From contig OZ037766.1 of the NCBI GenBank assembly GCA_964035545.1, forward strand, positions 3,648,722 to 3,712,721: a stretch of 64,000 nucleotides of DNA, given 5' to 3'. Origin of the DNA: Bugula neritina. Lineage: Eukaryota; Animalia; Bryozoa. The position numbers and the translations under genes are program-made. Positions within the stretch are counted from its first letter, which is position 1; each line of letters begins with the position of its first letter. Positions 13,079-64,000 of the stretch are shown piece after piece. The notes under the pieces were generated by a model, which was given only the letters and a program-made list of their open reading frames with translations, was not told the DNA's origin and searched no databases.

Positions 13079-14007
13079 TTAATTTGGCCTAACAGTTGCA
13101 TTCTTAAGTTTCATCAGATTCATTACATGAATACGGTAGCCTGGGGTCATGAAAAAATACAGAACAACATTAAGAATGCTAAAAAATGTCACGTAAAAGA
13201 AGGAAATCCATCTGGCCAAATATCCTAAACTATTTGGAATGGTGTCAACGCTATTACAAACCACCGATACGATTGTTGGAATGTAAGATAGGTAAAGAGT
13301 GATGGAGACTATCATAATATACTGGGCAGACCTCTTTACTATCAGATCATCTTGTCCTGGAGTTGCATTTCTAGACTGCATTCTTTTCAACTCTCTCCAA
13401 GCCTTTGATAAGCAGATGGCAGAAGTGACGAAAGCTGTTGTAATGGATCCACCAAAAACAACTCTCATCAGTTATTGGGTTCACTTGAGATAGCTCCAAA
13501 CTCATCAAAGCAATAATCGGCAAAGTCAGTAGCAATGACGATTGTCATGAGAGCGAAAGTAAATATCCAAATAAGGCCCAAGATGAGTTTCATGTTGTTA
13601 ACTATTTTGTTAGTATTCAACTGAAAGGGGAGGCATATAGAAACGTATCGTTCATAGCTACCAATTGCCAGAACAAAATTTCGAGCAACGAATGAAACAA
13701 ATGAGAATATAGTAACCGTTATTTGGAAAGTTCGAGCACTAGCGATCGGTAAGGCTGTAATTTGTTTGTTTAACTCACAGTTTACTGCCAGGGAGAAAGC
13801 AAAGCAGGTCACAATGTCACATATACCGATGTTCACCACGATCCAAAATGATGCATTTCTTCTCGATTGGTCCAACTTTTTCAGAAAAACCAGGTTGAGG
13901 GTATTGAATATTACACTAAAGATGTTAAGAGAAAAAAATATTGTTGGTTTAATGGCGTCTACACAAACATCTGTGATGTCATCACACAGAGCGCTGTTAT
14001 TTTCCAT
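13079..14007 (-). pseudogene. Second copy of the GPCR, frameshifted in ECL2 just before TM5
   Basis: Near-identical to 1184-2113 but split into ORFs 13468-14007 and 13079-13468. Copy 1 reads acaacgctggtcagcttattggg, copy 2 reads acaactctcatcag-ttattggg: a 1-bp deletion with 3 clustered substitutions, not in a homopolymer. Confidence 0.8.
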
Positions 14008-14685
14008 GACACAAACTTTGTAAACTCAACTTGTCTCTAGAACACAAATAGGTTGACTAATTTTACTGGCTAAAATATTTGAAATATTATGTGTAATAGG
14101 TTGTTTAATTACCTACACAAATTATGCTAGAGTATTGATTTTGTGACAGTATATTAACATAATATACATTAAGTTTAAAGTGACATTCTCCAGTAGAAAA
14201 TGGCAAAACTATATGCAGTGCAGCATACAAATTATTATAACCAAAACTGCATTTGCCAAAATGTATGTATATAGTACTATAAAAATTATTTTTAGTAAAC
14301 ACATTATTTTATAAACTAAAGTACATAGAATATGTCACATGGGTCAAGCATCTCAGTAGACTTGATATTAAAATGCTTGCAGATATTGCATAATAATTAA
14401 TGACAAAACACTGTGACTGGATATAGAGCAGGAAAGGAGTTATATAATAACAAGCTACACTAACATATCAACAGTAATTAATAAATATGTTAACTTCATT
14501 ATCTGTCTATAAACAACATACTAAATCACTGGTTTCCAAGCTTCATGCAAATGGATTATTCGTTCTATGTTTGGAAAAAGTTGCATTGAATTATAACCAC
14601 AACCATAAGTTACTGTAAACAGCAACCACAAATTCATTATATAATGCGGTGGAATGGAAATGCAGTAATATAGATATACTAGCAT

Positions 14686-14796
<111 letters not shown>

Positions 14797-15184
14797 TATA
14801 AATGTATTGATTAATGCATATTGCTTATGCAAGAAATGTTCTGGCGTCATTCCTGTCTTACTGAAATTTCTTTTCGTGGAATTTACATTTTATGTTGAAT
14901 TCTGAATTTTTTTCTTTCAATTTTGAGAAAAATTTTAAAACGCAAAGCAAAAAATAAAATATTTTCAAGACCATATAACTTTATCTTTTAATTTCATTCT
15001 CATTAAACACAACTTAAGATAAAACAAGAAAAGCACACCCAGTTGTGTTACTTACTTTTTTCAGCCAGAGTATATGACAACTTGCACCTGCTGAATAATT
15101 TCATACATTATTCTTCTTTCTTGTCAATACTCTGTATTGTCATTAACACGATGTTGTTTTCGCTCCTTTGCTGAATTCCAACTC

Positions 15185-54807
<39,623 letters not shown>

Positions 54808-57800
54808 AATTCTGTAATAATCACAAAAATAACAAGCAATTATGCTGAATGTTGAGTAAATAATAATGCTTTGCATGGTTGATCTTTCTTCTTGGTAAAA
54901 CTTATATCGCCTATGATGACGCTTGAACTTTTTTGTCCTTGTGAAAGGTAAACCTAATTTTGGATTAACTATAACTTTCAATAAACAAAGTTGTTGCTGT
55001 GTGACTTCAAACACAAAAATGGGTTGCATCTATGTACTATATGTACACATAAGAGAAACCACCGCCTACTATACAGTATACAGTACTAATAGAGAACCCA
55101 TTCTCTTTTGATTAAAGCATAGTGCTGCAAGTCATACGTTCAAATTTCAGTAGGGCCACTGGTGACGTCATGAGCAGCATTTCATTACATTTTCTTTAGT
55201 GTAACATCAAAGTTTTTAAGCCCTACCATCAAGTTGGTGAAAGGCAGGGTCTGCAGTTCACTTAAGCAACCTTGATACTAACAGTTTCCCAAGAGATTGA
55301 TACTTTAATTAAGACGTGAGATTTTATAAACTATAACATCATGCTGTCATATTGATACACATGGTAAAGCTAAAACACAGCTTTTTTGAGTAAAGGGTAG
55401 CTCCACTATATACCCCTGGCAGTTATGTAATATGCTAACTTGCGACTCATAAACACTTGGATAGTATTGTACTTACCTCTTAAGGAGTGTGACTTAAAGT
55501 TACCTCAAACTGGCTGAAAAACTTATATCTGCCACTAGCCAAAGTTAGATCAGGTTGAATGGCATAGAGTAGCTTTAAACAACTGCAAAGCTATCACTTT
55601 CACATAACATGCAAAAACGTGCATGAGTGTCTTTCAGAAGCAACTGTTTTGTTCAAGGTCCAGTCTAGTGTATGCATAGAAACATCAATAGCGCAAAACA
55701 ATACACAGTAAACAACTGAGACATACAGTTAAATCTGTTGAATCATAACAAAGAAATTTTCACGAAGCAATAAGCTAGAAATTATGCCAATTCTATAGCC
55801 ATAAGCAATTAGCGTAATATTGTTTAGACTTAAGATTGATGACAATATTGATTAGCATAATACAGGCATTGATCTATTTTTGGTGTCAAATTGTTCTTAC
55901 ATTAAAGAATCCTTGACATATCATTTATGCAGTATTACAATATCCATGTATATCTCAGCTATCATCTACAGCCTGTTGTCTTATAAGAAATTCGTAGCAA
56001 ACATGTCTTGAATTGATTTGTGTTTTCTGATCACTTGCTAATGACAACTGGCTCTGAAGTCCTGGTATTATAAAACTCACAGTAATTATTGCTGATTTTC
56101 ATTGCATGCTATTTTTAATTACTGCAACACAGAGCTTAGTCACTTAGCTGGCTAGAAAGTTTAATTGTTATACATATAAACACACAATATTAATCAACCG
56201 AGCTTCAAAACAAAAATTATTTTAAAAATTCAAGATTAAACTTTTTTCCATTTCCACGCCCAGCAAATGGACAGCATTAAGTAGTGTAACTGTGCTATTA
56301 TATATAAAGGGATTACAGGTGCAGCTTGTATATTTTTGTATCGTGGTCAACGGTACTATAGCTAGCAGACTTTAACAATAATTAATGGCATCACAGTTGT
56401 ATAGATGCCGTACAGATAACTATAGTTCCTAAAACAGCAGAATGGGGGCTTATATAGACACCATCCTTTTCCCGTGGGAACTCCTGATGGAAAGAGTTTT
56501 TATAAAATGGGCCAAGGAATTGTTTTCTATTGTGGCACAAAAGTAATTATGAAATAATGCCTTTTTGGCAACATTAATAGTGTTTACTTATATTAGGACT
56601 GCTGACTGTTTACTAAGTCAGCCCTCTCAACCTTAGACAGTTGCTCCATTATTAGAGCAATTAATGTTTTCTAAATAAAATAAATTTAAAACACTAATTA
56701 TTTCCAGTTTCTTCAATATGTTGAAGTTACATATTGGCTATACATGATGGTTGTTACTGTCAAGACGTGCCCAGGATTGCAATACGTAATTATGCCAATT
56801 GACATCTATATTATAAAGGGTCTTGTTACAGCACAAAGAGAACACAACTTCTAATACTGCTATCTTCACCACCCGCCTACTTGTTAAAATCAACTATTCA
56901 TGTTTATTTAAAGCATTTAAAACTAAAATACAATAAAATTGTAAAATAATAAAGCATGAAAGAACTTAGTTACTAGGCGTGTGCTGCTTTTTATTCAAAA
57001 CATATTCAACATAAAGGAGGTAAATATCATTTCAAAAATCCAATAATTGAACGAAACTTTATTAAGTATATAGCTGTAAAAATATATTGTCTAGCTAATA
57101 CATAATTGAGGTATTGTAATACAACATTTAAGATTATTATTAGTGTATAATGAGTAATCAATATAATATTATAAAGGCTACAAATTACATTTAACCAAGA
57201 AAGCAAATAAGCAATCAACTATAGTGGGTTTTTGAACAATAATTGTTTGTGGGAATAAATATTTTAATTTCAAGTTTGCTATCAATTTTTGATAATTTAT
57301 TTTGACAATTGGACTGCAGTAGCAGCAGAATTTCCTGCTATTATGACTTTATTCAACTGATGCCATAAAGAAAACTAAAATTTATACTGAAAAATCGATA
57401 AGCACCTGAAACTGTCTATAAAAAAGTATAAAAATGGCATTAACAATAAAAGAAAACAAGACTTCACAGTAGTAATAAACACCCAATACTTTTAAAGTTA
57501 CAGAAAAAGTGCTGCTAAATATATATTTTCACTTGACTGGCAGCATATACTAGCTGTGCTCCATAGAATTGGCACATGATTTGCTATAAATGTGCAATAA
57601 GCTTAGCTCACAAGGCTAAAGTGCATGCTAGCATTACCCCTTCTTTGATGGCCCACTAGAAATTTACAGATGAGCTAAGAAAGTTCTAAGTGGACTTTAG
57701 CTTATTGAAAATACAAAAAGTTTACAAAATATTTAATGTATAATATCATGGGGCACATTGTTTTCTTATTATACCATAGTTAGTTTCAAAAAGAGAATCA

Positions 57801-58150
57801 ATACGGGATCAACGCAATGATGACTATAGTGCTTACATAATAAATATATTTGTTATTGCAAATTATATTATTGCACAGATACTTATGCCTCTACCAACTT
57901 GCAACTAGATGTAATATGGTACAAGTTTTGAGAATAGTTTAATTTAAATATTTTATATAATCATTTTATTTTGCTTGCCATCTTGGTTAATATTAAGATA
58001 CTAATATTGGCTTATACCTTACATCAGATGTTCTATAGTGGCTTAAGAAAGTGCAACTTTCTTAGCGCCGCACTGCTGTACCCAATATAATTATGGTTAC
58101 AAGCAAGCTTTCAGCTAAACAGAATACTTGAATTTGGAAATACCTGAAAA

Positions 58151-58344
<194 letters not shown>

Positions 58345-59335
58345 ATGAAGAAAAATTGACTGAAATATACCACGTAAACCAAGATTAGATACATAGAGAA
58401 TTTTTTATCTATATCTGAAATGTTATAAAATCACATTAATAGAATGGCTCAATATTTAATCATTTATATTTTATTATTAAGAGATATTTAAGAAAAATGA
58501 AAATTAGTTTTGCTTTGGTTTACTCAGCATAACTAGTAAAGGTTTTAAAAAGTATATGAAATCAGGATTGTCTTCTCTTGGAATAACAAATCTCCCAATA
58601 ATGTGGAAAAATGCTTGTATAATAATTGTCATTTTGAAATTTTATTTAACTTTATTTTAAACAAAGGGAAGTCTTTAAAAATGATAACTAGGCAGGAATA
58701 TAGTATTATAATTATCATCTTATGGTGTTTTTGTTTAACGGATATAGCTAGAAACAGCACAAAATTTGTGGCCACTGAGTTCAAAAGAGGGGATTTAGAG
58801 TCTTGATAACAATACTTACATCAACGCTGTTATCCCTATCATGGTGCTGCTTCTAGCCACTCCTGCTCGTAACAAACTTGAGAGTTCAGTGCTACATAAT
58901 TCACAGCTACGTCACCCATCGAGCAAATGAGTATAATAAGACACAGTTATAAACTACTAACCTGTCAAGCTAAGTTTATTACTTCAATCAAATCTAAACA
59001 ATACCAGCAGAATCTGAAATTCCTGTACTTGAGATTGTTAAAGATAATAATATGGGTGCTAGCTCTCACCCCCCTACTACTATAAGATAAAGAAACAACA
59101 TTTAATCACAGGCTTCTTTCCCTTGCATAATAGTTCATCACATAATTATACTGTTACATACACAACAACACGGGTGTCCTATGACAATAGAAGCTAGCAC
59201 CACAGCTTGCTATCTTTGGTGAAGTACGATAAGAATGTTAAGGGTAAAGAGACGTGTAACATAAATTAACTAATTTTGGGATAAAAGGTAGCACATTCCA
59301 TAGTATTAGAAGCAGTTTAAAGGGAAGCAACAAAC

Positions 59336-62300
59336 ATGGCCGACACTGAACATCGTACAGTCAATGATGCTCTGCTGGCAGTTGGTGAACCAGGAAAGTA
59401 TCAACTTCTTCTGCTGCTGTTTATTTTTGTACCAGGAGCCCTGACAGCCATGCAAACACTGGTGGTGGTGTTCTCACAAGCAGGCATGGGTTACAGGTTA
59501 GTATTAGGTGTCAGTTGTTGCCGTCCATGTGGGAAATTTAGTCTAGCTTCTAACTGGGAAGCATCTAACTGAGATGAGACCAAGATAATTTAGACTTGGC
59601 TGGCTAGTTAAATTATTTTAACAGAACTAGGTGTATATACATTGGTTTCAGCACAGATAGTTCTATTACAATAATTTAACTAGCCAGCCAACCGTCTTAT
59701 AACTTATACACTAGTTTACTTCATTTAAAGTTTGAACTCACCGTGGATGTGACTCAAATTTCTTAGCACTGGTGTTATCAATTATTTTTATCTCATATTA
59801 TAATATACATAGATTAGTTTTACATTTAGGTCAAGAGTAATTTTAACTTTATGAACACAACCAGGGCTTTTGAGTCTGTAATGTATTAGTATAGCTTTTA
59901 CTTGAGCTCTCAAATATAAGCAACCCGGATGTACACGCTCAATGACTGTGTACTTATAGTTATGCTAATACTATATATATCGTATGCAAATCACCTCTTT
60001 GTGTCAATAAGCTCAGTTTGAACTTCATATACAGATATAAAATAGTTGAACCTCTAACTTAAATCTCATGCTATTTGCTATTTCGGGCTTGAAGCTTTAT
60101 AGTAAAACTACCTATAAGCAGCGCAGACCTAGGGGTGACTGAGTGCAATAGTTTGAGATCTCCAGCTTGGAGTTGAGGTTCAAAGTTACAACCTAAACCT
60201 TCAACTCTAAACTTCTGCACTCAGTCAGGCCTAGCTCAGAGCTGCTTAGAGATGATTATTTCATAGTGTTTAGCAGTTCCCTTGCTGGTTAAGTTGAATA
60301 AACTTTTGTGGTTGGACAAGCAGCTACCCTGGTTTTGCTGTCTGATGTACCACTTTCTATTAAAATCGTGTCATTTGATCTACTAGTAAGCACTATAGTT
60401 GAAGATTTTCTTATCTGTAGTTATTAAAAGATACTGTTTTCTAATCAGCTTCGAAATCTGTTATAAAACCACTGGACTATCTTTTACTTGAAACTGTAGA
60501 TTACAGTTAGTTATGTACATAATGTATGCTTGAAAACTACTAAATAAAAGAAAATATTTTCTGCAATCTATCGAAGTTATAATGCTTTATTCTACCATAT
60601 ATATATGCATAATATATTTTATAAACGTATGTATACACAGAAAATTTATAAGATATGCATGCTTAACCTATTTATATATTGCCTTTTCACTACAAATAAC
60701 GGAAATAGAATAGCCAGCCTACAAAGCTCCAATATTTTATACTGTGTGTATATTTACTTTTCTCTAATTTTGTCTTCAGTCACAAAGTTTTACCTTGCAC
60801 ACATTTCTATAATAATATTTTAGCCTCTAAAATCCTTGAAAGATTGCTTTTTCATCAATCAGTGAAAAAAACATTTTATCTAAGTTTCAAGTGCGTTATT
60901 GATCGAATTACACTGCACAAGTTTTCAAAAGTGCCAAAACAATTTGAGACGCCTAATTAAAGGTAGTAAAACTGGATATTCGAAAGTACTTGACACTAAA
61001 TTTTACGTAGATTCTAGAAAATCATAATCGCACTAGACTTGCCTAAATTTATGTCGACATGGCTTTCCTACAAAATATGCTAATTTTGTCATAGCAGTAG
61101 AGCAAGCTAACTAAAAGATTTTGTTTTCATTGGTTTAAAAACCATAATGGTTTTTATTAGAGCAGGCCCGATGCATTATGCAGATACCATCAGAAATTGA
61201 ACTAGCAATTATATAAAATCGTTAGAAAATTGAAACTACTCGTAGGGTCAATGCTAGCTGACTCTAACAGCTGCCGAGCTATAAAAATATTAACTGCTTA
61301 CTATAATATGCTCCAGAGTATAGTTGGGAAGGTGGGGCACAGCTTTGAGTAGCTTGGTGATAAGATTACAAGATAGCAGTTTGGGATTGAAGCAGGTGCT
61401 TTATTGCAAGGGCAGATAAAGCATCATATACTACAGTGAGATTTAAAGCTCTTCAAAAAGGTGCAATGTTATATAATTTGCTAAATTGACAAAAGTTCCT
61501 CATTGCTTAGAAGGCTAATCTGGAAGCAATATAACTATAATCTATCAGTAGAATATAGAACTACCTGGATTCGATTGAATATGCTTTCAAAAGTTTATAG
61601 AAATAATAGGTAGTCTCTTTGTAATTATCTTGAAAATTAAAAACCTTTACCATTTATAAGCACTCACGCAAGTTTATAATCGCTATCCCTGTAAGAAACC
61701 CCCCCCCCATGAAAAGTTTTGTTTATGTAATCACAATTTACATATTATTTTGAAGTTTTTTTTTAAATAATATCATTTTAAAATTATAAATTAATTACAC
61801 TGGCATTATATGAAAATTTTAGTAATTGCAACTAATGTAGGATTTTACTGTTATTTATTTCTCTACATATTTCGCTACCTTGTACCGAACCTTGCCTAAT
61901 ACATGAAGGGAACTGGTTTTCACTCTAACTATGGGTACACAAGTGTGTTATTCAAAAGCTTACAGTCACTTGGTTATGGCCTGTTCACACTACAGGGCTT
62001 AAAGTACGCTGTTTATAGCTGCTTTAGAGCTTTTACTTTGTATCTTTTTAGCTGTGAAGACTGTTCAATGCATAACTATCTCAACAGGTAGCTAGAAATA
62101 ATAAAATTATCTAGCCAATAGCAATGAAAGACCTTGCTTTATTTGTAGTATACCAAATAGCCAAATTTGCTAGTATAGTTTAGCTAGAATTATTAACAAA
62201 TTAGTAGATTTCTAATGACTCAAGCAGTTAACTATAGTAGCAAGTACAAAAACTCAATCAGCACTCAAATTTAATTGGATATTTGGAATGGAGGGAGCTG

Positions 62301-63189
62301 AGTCACTACTGAACAAAAAGCTGGTTTGACAAAGCCAAAGGTTTTGGCAAAGCACAAACAAAAGCTATAAATAGACCCCAGTGTCCTAAAATAGGACATG
62401 CAGCTGTGAGTAACATTGAATGGCAACAGCAATAAACAGCTCAATTTACTTGTAGTTTTAATAGGGTATTCAGTGTAAATAACCTAATAATAAATAACAT
62501 ACTGTAGTTTAAATTGATTAAAAAGAACTAAAGTTTAATGAAATGCTTTAACAAACACTCCAAGAAAGGAAGATATTGTACAGGCTATATATTATTCTGT
62601 TATCACTCTATTTGCAAATAAACTTTCCATTAGGCAAGATACTTGCGGCTATAATTTGTCAGACTGGTTTAATCCTTACTTCATCAGGTTTGCCAAGTAG
62701 TTTAGCCGTTGTAGGCAAGTAGGAGTTTCTAATTTTGACACAATGTATATATAGGAAAGAGATCACAACTCTGTAATGATAGTGCTGTCTGCTATAAAAA
62801 ACTTTTACTTAGTGAAATAGGCAGCCTATAGCAAATACAAAACAGCATGTAAGTTACCGGTGTGCAAGATCTTAGACATAATACTCCAAAAAAAAAATTC
62901 CAATAAATTACTGAATGTTACAGATGTCAAGATGAATTCCCAGGTCTCAACTCAACTACAGATGGTAACACAACTCTCAATAGTTCTGTGATGTTGGAAT
63001 ATAATACATGCCCTGAGGATGTTGGTCTACAGTGTTCAGGCTTTACATACAACAGCACTGTGTTTACAAGTACTATCATTAGTGAGGTGAGACTTTACTA
63101 CTTGTTTCTGATAGAATAGACTGTTGTCCTGATACCTAATAACGCATTATATTAAAGTAGCGATATGGATGCTTATAGCATTTTATTGC

Positions 63190-63258
<69 letters not shown>

Positions 63259-63970
63259 AAATATGGTGCAATGTTAGATTATTACTGCAGCAAAATATGC
63301 TAAACTAAATATGTCTAAGTAATAGATAGAAAACAGCAGCTTTTAGCTTGATTTTGAAACTAGAATTCTGAATGTATTATTGCTAGAAGGTCATCGCCAG
63401 ATCAGCTTCCTAAATTTTATAATAACCAGTTTATATAGAATTTATTTGCCAAAACAACTTTGAAACATCTGTGAAAGAACTGAAGGCATAGATAAAGCAA
63501 GATTTTTTGTAAAAGCTGTCATATGGGTAATTTACTTGTGTACTATTAGCAATCCGACTTCGTGCAAACTTTTGCATTCTAAAAAGTGAGCCCATTAGTA
63601 GCTGTCGTAACAATAAAGTAGTGAAACATCTGGCATTGTCAGGGTACAGTATTGTACTCAATAAGCGGTATACATTTTTAATGTTAGTTTAACTATTTTA
63701 TAGCTGAAAAATATCTGACATATTTCAGTTATTCAACTTTTTGGACAAATGTAAAAGACAAGCTTCTGAGTGAAAACTTTTTCATGTAGAGCAATTTTGG
63801 TCTTTATTTCTTATTCATCTTTTAACGATGTTGTAATAATTGATTGGGGTATATTTGCATTCTCAGTTTGACTTGGTGTGTGGAAGATCTTGGATTCCAA
63901 CTTATATAAACGTATTCTACATGCTTATAAGACTTCCAGCTGGTCTCGTACTTGGACAGTTTATAGACAG
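59336..63970 (+). CDS. SLC22 / organic cation transporter-like MFS protein, first three exons (continues beyond the window)
   Basis: Exons 59336-59496 (ALLAVGEPGKYQLL...), 62924-63086 (Cys- and sequon-rich loop ending STIISE) and 63867-63970 (FDLVC...GQFIDR). The STIISE-FDLVC signature and intron phases fit SLC22. Confidence 0.9.
61664..61725 (-). mobile_element. 3'-end fragment of the same SINE family
   Basis: gcaagtttataatcgctatccctgtaagaaacccc resembles about 34184-34240. Confidence 0.55.
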
Positions 63971-64000
63971 GTGAGAGTGAAATATTTTACATGATGAGTG

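Overview
AT-rich, intron-dense animal (invertebrate-type) genomic DNA; the species cannot be determined from the sequence. (1) A giant minus-strand gene (about 54807 to 15185) that I spliced by hand into about 61 coding exons and about 3,300 aa with consistent GT-AG phases. It encodes a mosaic lectin-like protein: probable signal peptide, 1 N-terminal and about 9 C-terminal sushi/CCP domains, about 9 WSC/WSC-like domains, 7 C-type lectin domains, 2 F5/8-type-C domains and 1 pentraxin/LamG domain, with no visible membrane anchor. (2) A tandem segmental duplication (about 1-3950 vs about 5750-16345) carrying two copies of a single-coding-exon class A GPCR, one intact and one frameshifted, plus the 3' end of the lectin gene. 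Only the right copy has a solo LTR, a 5.2-kb Kolobok-like transposon with a decayed KolX-like gene, and a Harbinger-like MITE; their empty sites are visible in the left copy. (3) The first three exons of an SLC22 transporter on the plus strand. (4) A tRNA-derived SINE, MITEs, palindromes and mini/microsatellites. The most unusual signal is that at least eight tandem duplications in the lectin gene span its splice junctions, including a 40-copy in-frame acceptor array and a 9-copy in-frame donor array. Also notable are a WSC domain split by an 8-kb, 9-exon cassette and a possible splice link between the lectin gene and the GPCR.
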